From assembly GCA_048270185.1 (NCBI GenBank), contig JBLWTJ010000001.1, positions 1,344,001-1,408,000 on the forward strand: a stretch of DNA of 64,000 nucleotides, read 5' to 3'. The DNA is from Bacteriovoracaceae bacterium. GTDB taxonomy: Bacteria > Bdellovibrionota > Bacteriovoracia > Bacteriovoracales > Bacteriovoracaceae. The notes below the pieces were generated by a model. That model had not been told where the DNA came from. It saw only the letters and a program-made list of their open reading frames with translations, and made no database searches. Below are positions 1-10,141 of the stretch, one piece after another; position 1 is the stretch's first letter, and every line of letters begins with the position of its first letter. The position numbers and the translations under genes were made by a program.

Positions 1-783
1 GTCTTTGCAAGTGATCCAACAACTTCAAGCCTTAGAGAGCTTGGAGATGAGTTAGGAATTACAACTTTAGATATCCCAACGAATGTTGGAGGACGCTTCA
101 GTGTCCTAACTCCAGTTGGGCTTCTTCCTGCTCTCTTTGCAGGGATTGATATCAAAGCTTTATGTGCAGCTGGTTTTAACTTTGGTGAAAATCTACACAA
201 CTCACAAAGCTTTAAAGATGTTTTAAAGACAATCCTAAGTCACAATGAAAATGGATATAATGAAACTGTATTCATGCCCTACTCTAGTCGCCTAAGAGAT
301 CTATCTTTTTGGTTTATCCAACTTTGGGCAGAGAGCTTAGGAAAGAAGAATGCAAATGGTGAACGTGTCGGACTTACACCTATTCCATCTTATGGAGCAA
401 CAGACCAACACTCACAAATGCAGCTTTTTATGGAAGGCCCACTTAATAAAGTAATGCTTCTAATAAATGTTAAAGAAAGTGACTGCGATTACAAATTAGA
501 AAATAATTTCTCACACGCAAAACTTCAAAAGCTAAGTAACTTTTCACTTAAGAACCTAATGGACTCTGAATACTTTGGAACTCTAAAGGCACTTAAAGAA
601 GAAAAAGTTCCTCATATCACTTTTGAAATTGAGAGAGTAAACGAAGAAAACTTAGCAAATTTGATCATTTTCTTCGAATACTTGACTGCTGTCACAGGTT
701 TTTGCCTAAATATCGATCCATTTAATCAACCAGGAGTTGAGGCTGGGAAGATATATAGCTTTGAATGGCTTGATAACCTGTGA
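1..783 (+). CDS. pgi: Glucose-6-phosphate isomerase, C-terminal part (5' end outside the window)
   Basis: Frame 1 is open from base 1 and reads ...DIPTNVGGRFSVLTPVGLLP...QLWAESLGK...GATDQHSQMQL...DPFNQPGVEAGK, all PGI signature motifs. Confidence 0.93.
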   Translation, partial: VFASDPTTSSLRELGDELGITTLDIPTNVGGRFSVLTPVGLLPALFAGIDIKALCAAGFNFGENLHNSQSFKDVLKTILSHNENGYNETVFMPYSSRLRDLSFWFIQLWAESLGKKNANGERVGLTPIPSYGATDQHSQMQLFMEGPLNKVMLLINVKESDCDYKLENNFSHAKLQKLSNFSLKNLMDSEYFGTLKALKEEKVPHITFEIERVNEENLANLIIFFEYLTAVTGFCLNIDPFNQPGVEAGKIYSFEWLDNL

Positions 784-892
784 AAATTACGAGTATTTGG
801 TAGATAGCAATCTTTTCCAATCTTGATTAAAATCAAAGGGATAGTTAAAATCTACAAGGTAATTCAAATCGTAAAGTACTGAAAGGACAAAT

Positions 893-1798
893 ATGAGTGA
901 TGACGCTACTCTAGTTTTAACTGACATTAAAGCAGCACTAGCTTCTGCTAACAAAGAAGCTGAAGACAAACCGGCCGCCCTACTTGTAGTTGGTGGTGAT
1001 TTAAACGGAACACTATTTGATTTAACTGTTGAAGAAGTGATTGTAGGACGAAGTGCTAAGTGTGATATCCCACTTGAATTTAATGGGATCTCAAGAGAAC
1101 ACTTTAAGCTAGTTACACACGGTGATGGATACGCAGTTGTTGATCTTGGATCAAGAAACGGAACATTCCTTAACAACGCCAAGGTTGAAGAAACTCAAGA
1201 GTTACAAAAAGGTGACATCATTAAGATGGGTGCTATTGCTCTTAAGTATCTACCAAAAGGTGATCCTGAAAGACTTACTTATGACAAATTACAACTTGAG
1301 GCCAACACTGATGGTTTAACAAGTTGTTATAATAAATCATACTTTAATAAGAAGTTAGATCTTGAAGTTAAGAAATCAAAAGTGACAGGCTCTCCCCTAT
1401 CTCTAATTGTTTTCGATCTAGACCACTTTAAGAAACTTAATGATAATTACGGACACGATGCTGGTGACTACGTTTTAAAAGAGCTAGCAGAAGTTATCCG
1501 TACTAATGGTATTAGAGAAAATGACACTTTCGCTCGCTACGGTGGAGAAGAGTTTGTTGTTCTCTTACCTAGCACAAATATTAAACAATCATATGAAATC
1601 GCTGAACGCTTAAGAAAAGCTGTTGAGATGCACGACTTCATTTACGACGATAATAAGTTACCTGTAACAGCATCGATTGGTGTTTCCGATTATAGACAAG
1701 GAGTTAATAACGGAACAGACCTATTTAAGAGGGCCGACTCTGCTGTATACAAATCCAAGGAAGGTGGGAGAAACCAGGTTAATTTCTATCGCGACTAG
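893..1798 (+). CDS. dgcB: FHA-GGDEF diguanylate cyclase, DgcB-like
   Basis: FHA motifs VGRS, ISREH, DLGSRNGT; GGDEF domain DLDHFKKLNDNYGH...RYGGEEF with RxxD I-site (REND); same architecture as Bdellovibrio DgcB. Confidence 0.85.
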   Translation: MSDDATLVLTDIKAALASANKEAEDKPAALLVVGGDLNGTLFDLTVEEVIVGRSAKCDIPLEFNGISREHFKLVTHGDGYAVVDLGSRNGTFLNNAKVEETQELQKGDIIKMGAIALKYLPKGDPERLTYDKLQLEANTDGLTSCYNKSYFNKKLDLEVKKSKVTGSPLSLIVFDLDHFKKLNDNYGHDAGDYVLKELAEVIRTNGIRENDTFARYGGEEFVVLLPSTNIKQSYEIAERLRKAVEMHDFIYDDNKLPVTASIGVSDYRQGVNNGTDLFKRADSAVYKSKEGGRNQVNFYRD

Positions 1799-1807
1799 TT
1801 CGAGATA

Positions 1808-3475
1808 ATGGAAATATTAGAGAATACACAAAACCGAATTAACCTACTTCCTGAACACTTAATTGATCAAATCAAGGCCGGTGAAGTCGTCGAAAGACCG
1901 GCCAATGTTCTTAAAGAATTACTTGAAAATTCAATTGATGCTAATGCATCTAAAATAAGAGTCACTATTTTAAATGGTGGACTCGACCTTATTGCTATTG
2001 AAGACGATGGTGATGGAATGTTCTTTGATGAACTACCCTACGCCTTTTGTCGTCACGCAACTTCTAAGATAAATAATTTTGAGGATATTTATAAGTTAAA
2101 TACTTTCGGCTTCCGCGGTGAGGCACTGGCTTCCATTTCAAGTGTGGCAAGAATCTCATGTCACTCGGCTCCTCGCTCTAACCCAGAAGCTGGAGCAAAG
2201 TTTGTTATTCACGGGGCACGCACTATTGAGCACTCAAAGTACTCAAGTCACAAGAGTGGAACTTCGACATATGTTAAAGACCTCTTCTTTAATACGCCTG
2301 TGCGTTTAAAGTTTGTGAAGTCAGGTCAAAGTGAAAAGAATGCCCTTAAGCGCGTACTGAATTCATTTCTTATCAACTACCCTCATGTGGAATTTAATAT
2401 TACATGGGATGATAGTGATCCGACGATCTACCGCGCTCAAAGTAATATTGAAAGCCGTATTCAAGAAGTCTTTAAAAAGAAATCGAGAAAGCATAAACCA
2501 GAGATTATTACCGCCGATGGTGGATATCTTGATAATAGCTGTCACATCTATATTTCAAAAGAGGCCTCGAAAGGTTATAGCGGTAAACAGCAATTTCTCT
2601 TCGTTAATAATAGACTCTTTACCGATAAGAAAATTCATCAAATTGTTATTCGCAATCTTGAAAAATTTTGGCCGATCACGATGACTGGTGATTATATCGT
2701 TCAACTTAAGGTTCCTGAAAATACTATTGATGTAAATGTGCACCCGAATAAAACGATTATTAAATTTCTTAAGGCCAATGAGATCTTCTCTCTTGTTAGT
2801 GCCACCACAAAGAAATTAATTAGCGATAACCAAGAGGCCATAGCCTCACAAGAGCTTGAGATGAATGAGAGCGAAGTAAGTTTTAACTCACTTGCTGATA
2901 CTCTCTTTAGTACAGGTGCAGGTCATGAAGTGATAAGTACTGGATTTAATCTCTCTCAATTTCAAAATGAAATCTCAAATAGCTCAGACCAATTTGGCCA
3001 AAGCTCTCTCTTTGGTGAAGTTCAAAGTGAATTAACTATCTCTCTTATTGGTGAAAATATCTTCTTGCTTAATCACGCTGATCGCGGAGCATACTTTGTA
3101 AACGCTGAAACGATTCTTGAGAAATTAATTGATCAAGTTGATATCGATAATATGACGCCACTATTGATCTCAGAGCCAATTTCACTGGTTTCAAGTGAAG
3201 GTGAAAAATTATCAGATTTTCTACAAGCAGGATTTGAAGTTGAAAGACTCGATCAATCAACTTGTGTTCTACGCTCAGTCTCTCACCTCTTTGAAGATCT
3301 ACCTTATGCAAAAATTTGCGAAAATATTTTAAATGATCGAGAACCTCTCGAAGAGATTCGTCTACAAGTATCGGAGATGAGAAAACTTCTCTCTCTTATT
3401 TCATTCTATGAACTTATCGATTTAAAAATTGCTAAGACCATTAGTCCTAAGAAAATAAAGAAGTTACTTAAATGA
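1808..3475 (+). CDS. mutL: DNA mismatch repair protein MutL
   Basis: IKAGEVVERP, ELLENSIDA, HATSK, GFRGEALAS, DVNVHPNK; mutL-miaA synteny. Confidence 0.95.
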   Translation: MEILENTQNRINLLPEHLIDQIKAGEVVERPANVLKELLENSIDANASKIRVTILNGGLDLIAIEDDGDGMFFDELPYAFCRHATSKINNFEDIYKLNTFGFRGEALASISSVARISCHSAPRSNPEAGAKFVIHGARTIEHSKYSSHKSGTSTYVKDLFFNTPVRLKFVKSGQSEKNALKRVLNSFLINYPHVEFNITWDDSDPTIYRAQSNIESRIQEVFKKKSRKHKPEIITADGGYLDNSCHIYISKEASKGYSGKQQFLFVNNRLFTDKKIHQIVIRNLEKFWPITMTGDYIVQLKVPENTIDVNVHPNKTIIKFLKANEIFSLVSATTKKLISDNQEAIASQELEMNESEVSFNSLADTLFSTGAGHEVISTGFNLSQFQNEISNSSDQFGQSSLFGEVQSELTISLIGENIFLLNHADRGAYFVNAETILEKLIDQVDIDNMTPLLISEPISLVSSEGEKLSDFLQAGFEVERLDQSTCVLRSVSHLFEDLPYAKICENILNDREPLEEIRLQVSEMRKLLSLISFYELIDLKIAKTISPKKIKKLLK

Positions 3476-4434
3476 TGAATAAGAAATTGATTCTACTTTT
3501 AGGGCCAACAGCTTCAGGAAAGACAGGACTTAGCATCGACTTTGCCAAACGCATTGGTATTGAAAAATGCCAAGTCATTAACTTTGATAGTGTACTCTTT
3601 TACAATGAACTAAATATTGGAAGTGCTAAGCCTGACGAGAAGGAAATGGATGGTGTACCACACCACTTAGTTAGTATCTCCCCTATTACACAAGAGCTCA
3701 ATGCTTCTGATTTTGTTGATCTTGCAAAAAGCAAAATTGATGAGTTACATGAAAAGAATATCGTACCAATTCTGGTTGGAGGAAGTGCCTTCTACCTTCG
3801 TAGCCTTCTGCGCGGAATGTATGAATCTGAAAGTACTGATCCAATGATTCAAGAAGAGGCCAAGAAACTCTACGAAGAGTTAGGAATGAAGCCGATTGTT
3901 GAATACCTCGCAATTCACGACCCTGAGTCTCTTGAAAATCTTCATGAAAATGATCACTACCGAAGAACTCGTGCTTATGAGTATCATCGCATGACAGGAA
4001 AGAAAATCTCCCTGCAAAAGAAACAGGCCGATGAAGTTGGTGCCTATGACTTTTCAAATAATATTCATGGATGGCAGACACTCAATATTTGTCTTGATAT
4101 CCCTAAAGAAGAACATTGGAAAATTATAAATAAACGTACGAAAGAGATGATTGCACAAGGCCTTATCGAGGAAGTAAAAGCAATTCTTCAAAATGAAGAG
4201 CATACAACTGATCTCAAGCCTCTTAAGACTATCGGTTACAAAGAAGTCATCCAATATATCGAAGGCGAAATAACAAGTATTGATGATCTAATTGAAAAGA
4301 TTTACTTTGCCACTCGAAGGTTGGCGAAGTCACAAAAGACATTCTTAAAGAAGGTTACTCCCCTTCATCGCCTCCACCCACTAACACAAAGAAATGAACT
4401 ATATAAGCTTGTCGATGACTTCATTAATGAATAA
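3472..4434 (+). CDS. miaA: tRNA dimethylallyltransferase
   Basis: GPTASGKT P-loop, DSVLFY, IGSAKP, VPHHL, VGGSAFY, TIGYKE. Confidence 0.95.
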   Translation: MMNKKLILLLGPTASGKTGLSIDFAKRIGIEKCQVINFDSVLFYNELNIGSAKPDEKEMDGVPHHLVSISPITQELNASDFVDLAKSKIDELHEKNIVPILVGGSAFYLRSLLRGMYESESTDPMIQEEAKKLYEELGMKPIVEYLAIHDPESLENLHENDHYRRTRAYEYHRMTGKKISLQKKQADEVGAYDFSNNIHGWQTLNICLDIPKEEHWKIINKRTKEMIAQGLIEEVKAILQNEEHTTDLKPLKTIGYKEVIQYIEGEITSIDDLIEKIYFATRRLAKSQKTFLKKVTPLHRLHPLTQRNELYKLVDDFINE

Positions 4435-4444
4435 AGTATAAAGT

Positions 4445-5296
4445 ATGAAAAAAATGAAAATTATTATTATATCGGATGGAACAGGATCAACGGCAAAAGC
4501 AATTAGTCGCGCGGCCATGACTCAATTTCCAGATAGCGAAGTCTTCTATACAGGATTTAAAAATGTTCGAACAAAAGAACAAATTAAATCAATTTTTGAT
4601 GAAGCTGCTATCCATCACGACTTAGTAATTTATACAATCGTATCAGCTGAACTTCGTGAGTATACAAAAGAAATTTCAATGCAAAAGCATGTACGCTCTC
4701 TTGATCTTATGGGGCCTGTTCTGACGACTTTTTCAAACTACTTCCACCAAGAACCAAAGAGTGAACCGGGACTATTACACGCTGTTAACTCAGAATATTT
4801 TGACCGCGTTGCTGCCATGGAATTTACTCTAAACCACGATGATGGACGAAATGTTGAAACACTCCACCTTGCAGATGTTATTTTGGTAGGAATTTCTCGT
4901 ACATCGAAAACTCCACTCTCAGTCTACCTTTCTCAACATGGGATCAAGGTTGTTAATATTCCAATTATCAACGGACAACACCTTCCAAAAGAACTCTTTG
5001 AAGTTGATCAAAGAAAGATTTTTGCTCTAACAATTGACCCAGAAGCACTCTACTCAATCCGTAAAAATCGCCTTAATAAATTAGGGGCCACTGAACACAC
5101 AGGTGATTATGCTGATACGAATAAAGTAATTGAGGAGCTCGAGTGGGCCAATGATATCTTTAGCAAGAATAAGAGATGGCCTGTTTTTGATGTGACCGAT
5201 CGCGCTCTTGAAGAGACGGCCACAGATATTATGAGACTACTCCAGATGCGTAAAAATAATATATTTAAGCAACTTATGAGTGAATCCGACGAGTAA
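4445..5296 (+). CDS. ppsR: Pyruvate,water/phosphate dikinase regulatory kinase-pyrophosphorylase (DUF299)
   Basis: ISDGTGSTA, HDDG, GISRTSKTPLSVYL, ALEETA motifs. Confidence 0.9.
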   Translation: MKKMKIIIISDGTGSTAKAISRAAMTQFPDSEVFYTGFKNVRTKEQIKSIFDEAAIHHDLVIYTIVSAELREYTKEISMQKHVRSLDLMGPVLTTFSNYFHQEPKSEPGLLHAVNSEYFDRVAAMEFTLNHDDGRNVETLHLADVILVGISRTSKTPLSVYLSQHGIKVVNIPIINGQHLPKELFEVDQRKIFALTIDPEALYSIRKNRLNKLGATEHTGDYADTNKVIEELEWANDIFSKNKRWPVFDVTDRALEETATDIMRLLQMRKNNIFKQLMSESDE

Positions 5297-5354
5297 CCCC
5301 TGTAAGCGCCTAGAATTACAAGAAAGCTAATCTCTAAGAAAATAATCTTTTTAC

Positions 5355-5382
5355 TTAATTAAATAACCCATCGAACCGATTA
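5355..5382 (+). promoter_or_regulatory. Sigma28(FliA)-like promoter
   Basis: TTAA-N16-ACCGATTA upstream of the 5420 gene. Confidence 0.45.
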
Positions 5383-5419
5383 AGTAATTAACATTATTAA
5401 TTTCACCATGAGGTTTGCT

Positions 5420-5965
5420 GTGTCAAAAGTCTTATTTTCTGGAAAAATCAAAGTTAAAGGTGCTGGCGCCGACGTTATTTATAAATTCGACACAACAGAG
5501 CCAACTCTTGATGAAGTGGTAATGACCAATTTTTCGCATCTGGATTTCTCTGAATCAGAAAAGAGAATTCTATCAGCAAAGAACCGCAAAGATATTTATA
5601 AATTTGAACATCTAAATTCAAAAGATATTTCGAAGTATGCAAATGATCTACTCTCCCTAATCAATAAGGTGAGTTCTGATCGCATTCAAATAGATTCATG
5701 TGATGCTGGAACATTTATTTGTTTGGCCCTAATTTATTCGGGAAAAATCCCATCCCACAAAGAAGTACACTTTAAACTTAAATCAGTTCCACTCAATCTC
5801 TTTCCAAAAAATCTAGTTAAGCACAAAATTCCAAAGCATAATGTATCAATCTCACTGTGTAACTCAGAGAGTTGGATCAAGGAATTTCGCTCACTACAAA
5901 AGTCTCCAGAATATCTTGAACTGAGTCATATTTCGCCACAAGAAGACTTCGACCTAGTCGGCTAG
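5420..5965 (+). CDS. Hypothetical protein (alternative start 5408)
   Basis: About 180-aa ORF filling the gap; GAGG precedes GTG at 5420. Confidence 0.65.
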   Translation: MSKVLFSGKIKVKGAGADVIYKFDTTEPTLDEVVMTNFSHLDFSESEKRILSAKNRKDIYKFEHLNSKDISKYANDLLSLINKVSSDRIQIDSCDAGTFICLALIYSGKIPSHKEVHFKLKSVPLNLFPKNLVKHKIPKHNVSISLCNSESWIKEFRSLQKSPEYLELSHISPQEDFDLVG

Positions 5966-6004
5966 ACATTGACTTTTCGCCCTGTATCGCAAATCATTAA
6001 ATGA

Positions 6005-6826
6005 GTGATAAAACTTATACTCTTACTCATATTCTCTCTTAGTAGTTTTGCAAATTACCCGTACTTTAAGTTCGACTCTTCAAAACTACAGCTAAGCCAA
6101 GCAAGTTATCGTCGTTACGTAAGGCCTCAGCTGCGCTCAATTAAGAATGACTTCTACTATATTGTTAAGAGAATCACCTATACTTCACAGGATTTTATTA
6201 ATCTTCGCGAAAATAGCCTCAAGCTAAACCTTGTTTTTGAAGAAGCTTATCGTGCCTGTAAAATGAATCAGAAAGCTTGCTATGATTCACTCAAAACAGT
6301 AACTCCCCTCAATCAGAGTATTGAGCGCAATATCAAAAAACTAAGAGATGACTTCAACAAACTTCCTGTTGATCAGTACTCAAATGTGGATAATTACATC
6401 AACCTTATTTCTATCCTTGATAAGATCGACAATCTTAATATGCAAATTGAAAGTTACGTGCAACTACTACACTTAACAGATAAAACAAACTTCGCAACCT
6501 ATGTTCCTCGTATTGATAAGTACCGAAACTATGTTGGTAAGATCTACAATTATTCTAATGATGCTTTTAACTATATCTTCCCAGATGCTCTTAAACCTTC
6601 ATTTGATCAATTCGTTGATAAGTTTCTCTCACCTCTTGAATTAAGAATGATCCCAGAGAATAATACAAAATGGTTCTTTGGACGTCTTGGTGAACTTAAT
6701 ATGAACTGGAATGTCTTCCATATGGACCTTGAAAAAGGTCAAACAGGATTCCCTCGTGAATACGTTAGAAACGTAAAGGTCATGCACGCGAGATGGAATA
6801 GTATTTTAAAATTACTTTTCTACTAG
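6005..6826 (+). CDS. Secreted helical hypothetical protein
   Basis: 273-aa ORF with signal peptide ending SSFA. Confidence 0.7.
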   Translation: MIKLILLLIFSLSSFANYPYFKFDSSKLQLSQASYRRYVRPQLRSIKNDFYYIVKRITYTSQDFINLRENSLKLNLVFEEAYRACKMNQKACYDSLKTVTPLNQSIERNIKKLRDDFNKLPVDQYSNVDNYINLISILDKIDNLNMQIESYVQLLHLTDKTNFATYVPRIDKYRNYVGKIYNYSNDAFNYIFPDALKPSFDQFVDKFLSPLELRMIPENNTKWFFGRLGELNMNWNVFHMDLEKGQTGFPREYVRNVKVMHARWNSILKLLFY

Positions 6827-6883
6827 CCCAAATAGTCGACTCCGGCTCCTGCCTCTCGTCGACATACCGTCCATCGTGGACAT

Positions 6884-6910
6884 AAAAAAAGGCTCCCATC
6901 GGGAGCCTTC
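6884..6910 (-). terminator. Intrinsic terminator of rpsU
   Basis: AAAAAAAGGCTCCC-ATC-GGGAGCCTT hairpin with U-tract on the minus strand. Confidence 0.8.
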
Positions 6911-6935
6911 AGTATATAAGAAATTTAAATCTTAA

Positions 6936-7160
6936 TTAGATTTTTGAACCTCTACCGTACTTAGTCTGAGTCTTTTTACGTCTCTTTTCAGCCGCCTGTA
7001 GTTTTTCTTTATTTCTAATAGAAGGTTTCTTATACTCTTGTCTCTTTCTGTATTCTCTAATAACACCGAAAGCTTCACAAAATCTTTTGAACTTCTTAAG
7101 TGCTCTTTCAGCGCTTAGTCTTTCATCGATTTCAATCTTGATTGAGTAATCTTTTGCCAT
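6936..7160 (-). CDS. rpsU: 30S ribosomal protein S21
   Basis: ERALKKFKR...EYRKRQEYKKPS; basic 74-aa protein. Confidence 0.92.
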   Translation of the reverse strand: MAKDYSIKIEIDERLSAERALKKFKRFCEAFGVIREYRKRQEYKKPSIRNKEKLQAAEKRRKKTQTKYGRGSKI

Positions 7161-7313
7161 TGTAATTCACCCCCTTCTATCTTTTTTTCTCACTACCTTT
7201 AACGATAGCCTGTTTGAGATTTGTCGCTATAGTCCTAGCGAGATTCGGCAAGTTAAGTTACACTGCGGCTAGAATTGTGTCAACGGCCAATTACAAGGGC
7301 GATAGGAATAATA

Positions 7314-8564
7314 GTGCAACAAGGATTATTTAACTCTCCAGATTCTAAAGAAAATCAGGTCACACCACTGGCTCACCGAGTCAGACCACAGGGTAAGCTT
7401 GAATATGAAGGCTTTGATATACTTGCAAAGAGATTTCCCTTTCTAAAAGGAGAATCCATTCCGTCGATGATTATTTGGGGCCCACCTGGTTCAGGCAAGA
7501 CAACTCTTGCCAAGGTCCTAGGGCACGAAATTGAGGCCAATTTCTACGAGTTTAGTGCTGTCCTATCGGGTGTTGCTGATCTAAAGAAACTTATTCAGCA
7601 GGCCCAAGAAGAATCAAAAGATTATCAACGAAAATCCATTATCTTCATCGATGAGATTCATCGTTTTAATAAGGCCCAGCAAGACGCCCTACTTCCTCAT
7701 GTAGAGCAAGGAAGTTTTATCTTAATTGGCGCAACGACAGAAAATCCGCGTCGTAGTGTAAATCGCGCACTTCTGTCACGTATGAAAGTTATCGAGCTTA
7801 AGTCTTTTACAACTCAGAGAATTTTCGCACTTATTAATAGAACAATTGCTAAGCTAGATATCGAAATTTCCAAAGAGTATGTCGATCTTATTTGCGAGTA
7901 TGCTAATGGTGATGCGCGCATCGCACTTGGAAGCCTTGAAGTTATTCTATCATTAAAAGATGATAGCGAACTCGATTTTGAAACAGTCAAAAATATCATT
8001 AAAGAAAACTCACGAAATTTTGATGCTGGAGGAGATCGTCATTACGATGTGATTTCGGCCTTTATTAAAAGTATGCGTGGAAGTGATCCAAATGCGTCCA
8101 TTCTATGGCTTGCTGTTATGTTAGATGGCGGAGAAGATCCAGTTTTCATTGCCAGACGACTTGTCATCTTTGCAAGTGAAGATGTGGGTAATGCCGATTT
8201 GAATGCGCTTACAGTAGCAACTAATGCACTTCACGTTGTTCAAAATATAGGTATGCCAGAAGCACGTATTACACTTGCTCAGGCCACAACATATCTTGCT
8301 AGTACAGTTAAGAGTAACGCCGCCTACATGGCCATCAATGAAGCTCTGACCTATGTTGAAAACTCACAAACAATAGAAGTTCCTGAACACTTAAAGAATT
8401 TTCCAGACAAGAATCACAAAGTGGTTTATCAGTATCCACATAGCTTTGACGGTGCTTTTATTAAGCAGCAATACGCACCTAAAGATACACCGAAGTTCTA
8501 TCAACCAAAGGATATTGGTGTTGAAAAGAATATTAGAAATCGTCTAAAGGAATTGTGGGATTAA
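7314..8564 (+). CDS. rarA: Replication-associated recombination protein A (MgsA/RarA AAA+ ATPase)
   Basis: PLAHRVRP, WGPPGSGKTT, FIDEIHRFNKAQQDALLP, GATTENP, SAFIKSMRGSD, ASEDVGNAD; GTG at 7314 follows AGGA. Confidence 0.95.
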   Translation: MQQGLFNSPDSKENQVTPLAHRVRPQGKLEYEGFDILAKRFPFLKGESIPSMIIWGPPGSGKTTLAKVLGHEIEANFYEFSAVLSGVADLKKLIQQAQEESKDYQRKSIIFIDEIHRFNKAQQDALLPHVEQGSFILIGATTENPRRSVNRALLSRMKVIELKSFTTQRIFALINRTIAKLDIEISKEYVDLICEYANGDARIALGSLEVILSLKDDSELDFETVKNIIKENSRNFDAGGDRHYDVISAFIKSMRGSDPNASILWLAVMLDGGEDPVFIARRLVIFASEDVGNADLNALTVATNALHVVQNIGMPEARITLAQATTYLASTVKSNAAYMAINEALTYVENSQTIEVPEHLKNFPDKNHKVVYQYPHSFDGAFIKQQYAPKDTPKFYQPKDIGVEKNIRNRLKELWD

Positions 8565-8966
8565 TTAATCCCAACGTGAATAGATAACATAGGCGTCTGT
8601 TTGTAGATCTTTGTTAACAAAGAAGAAGCCCATATTAGATTCAACATAACAAGACATTGAATACTCGTGTCCAGGAATGACTTCAACACAACGACTCTTT
8701 GCACGCCCTGTTGGAGTTTTAGCAAAGTTGATGGCAGCATTACTATTACAACCATTAAGCTCAAGAGTTACTCTAATCAGAGCAACAGCTTCTTCAAGGT
8801 GATTATTTTCATAATCATTATCAATTTCATCTGTATTGATTTTAAAAGCACGGCTATCAACATTTAGATCATACGTTAATTTCTTAATACAGCTTAATGT
8901 CGCCTTATTATATGCAGACGCATTGAAAGATATAAGTAAGCTAAGTGCAAAAACGTATTTCATCAT
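8565..8966 (-). CDS. Secreted Cys-containing hypothetical protein
   Basis: Signal peptide (NASA), 4 Cys, C-terminal SRWD. Confidence 0.7.
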   Translation of the reverse strand: MMKYVFALSLLISFNASAYNKATLSCIKKLTYDLNVDSRAFKINTDEIDNDYENNHLEEAVALIRVTLELNGCNSNAAINFAKTPTGRAKSRCVEVIPGHEYSMSCYVESNMGFFFVNKDLQTDAYVIYSRWD

Positions 8967-9198
8967 AAGTTCACCCTAATAAGTTATGTTGAGTTCAAAT
9001 CGACTTATACAAAATGGCTTCCAAGAAATCTACAAAAAACGGTTATTTTATAACTTTTTTGGCCATAGCAATGCATCTACTAACTAAAATTACATAATTA
9101 GAGTATGTTTATTAGAAAAACTTAAAATTTGTATTAGCCATTTTAATAATTATATCTTATAAATGCTCCACACACACAAACCATTAAAGGGGATTTTG

Positions 9199-10017
9199 AT
9201 GAAAATCGTAATCGTTTTAGCAACACTACTTTTCACTCTTACGAGTACTGCCGCAGAATTAAACAACTACTACCCAAAAGAAACTGAAAGCTACATCGCA
9301 AGAGGTGGAGAATCACTAAAGGATTACCTTTTTGAAGTTCTAAACACAGCTCACCAAAGAACTAAGAGTAGAGATACTCTTGGATGTGATAGTTCAGACT
9401 ATGGTAGATGTTACAGCCAAAAAAGCCTTGGCTATAAAGGTGCAAGAAAAGTTCTTTTTGGAAAAATTCACCTTAAAGAAGACGATAAAGGTTACTTCAT
9501 TAAAGATGTATACTGTCAAAAAACACTTAGAAGAGTTCACACTCGTTCAATGGGTCCAGGACAAATCCCTAATTCAAACGTTCTTAACTGTGAGCACACT
9601 TGGCCACAATCAAAATTCTCAGGACGTTTTGGAAAAGACCTTCAAAAATCAGACCTACACCACCTATACCCAACTGATTCAAAAGCTAACTCTGTAAGAG
9701 GTAACTATGAATTTGATAACGTTAATGGTTCACCAGTAGATTACGAAGATTGTACAGCTTCACAAACTCAAGGTAACGGTGCATTCGAGCCACCAAATGA
9801 GCACAAAGGAAACGTAGCAAGAGCACTTTTCTACTTCTCAGTAAGATACGATATCTCAATCTCATCAAGACAAGAAGAAGTTCTAAGAGAGTGGGACAAG
9901 CTTGATCCAATCGATGCAGACGAAAGAGAAAGAAACGAAATCATCTTCGCTGTACAAAAAAACAGAAACCCATTTATCGACATTCCTGGGTTAGCAACTA
10001 AAATCAATAATTTCTAA
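9199..10017 (+). CDS. Secreted endonuclease I family (His-Me finger) nuclease, copy 1
   Basis: NCEHTWPQS, DLHHLYPTD, KGNVARALFYF, QKNRNPFID; signal peptide. Confidence 0.9.
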   Translation: MKIVIVLATLLFTLTSTAAELNNYYPKETESYIARGGESLKDYLFEVLNTAHQRTKSRDTLGCDSSDYGRCYSQKSLGYKGARKVLFGKIHLKEDDKGYFIKDVYCQKTLRRVHTRSMGPGQIPNSNVLNCEHTWPQSKFSGRFGKDLQKSDLHHLYPTDSKANSVRGNYEFDNVNGSPVDYEDCTASQTQGNGAFEPPNEHKGNVARALFYFSVRYDISISSRQEEVLREWDKLDPIDADERERNEIIFAVQKNRNPFIDIPGLATKINNF

Positions 10018-10029
10018 TTAAAAAATAAC

Positions 10030-10058
10030 AAAGGCCTTCATTAAGAAGGCCTTTTTTT
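10030..10058 (+). terminator. Intrinsic terminator
   Basis: AAGGCCTTC-ATTAA-GAAGGCCTT followed by T-run. Confidence 0.85.
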
Positions 10059-10141
10059 ATGACGAAATCTTACTTTAAAAAAACCATTTCCCATTTAAGA
10101 ATTACTTTGAGATGCTTTTACTATAACTCTTCATCAAGGAT

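Noticed and set aside
787..1182. 131-aa minus-strand ORF and other short ORFs nested in long genes
   Set aside because: Antisense or out-of-frame shadows of well-supported genes, with no motifs or SD.
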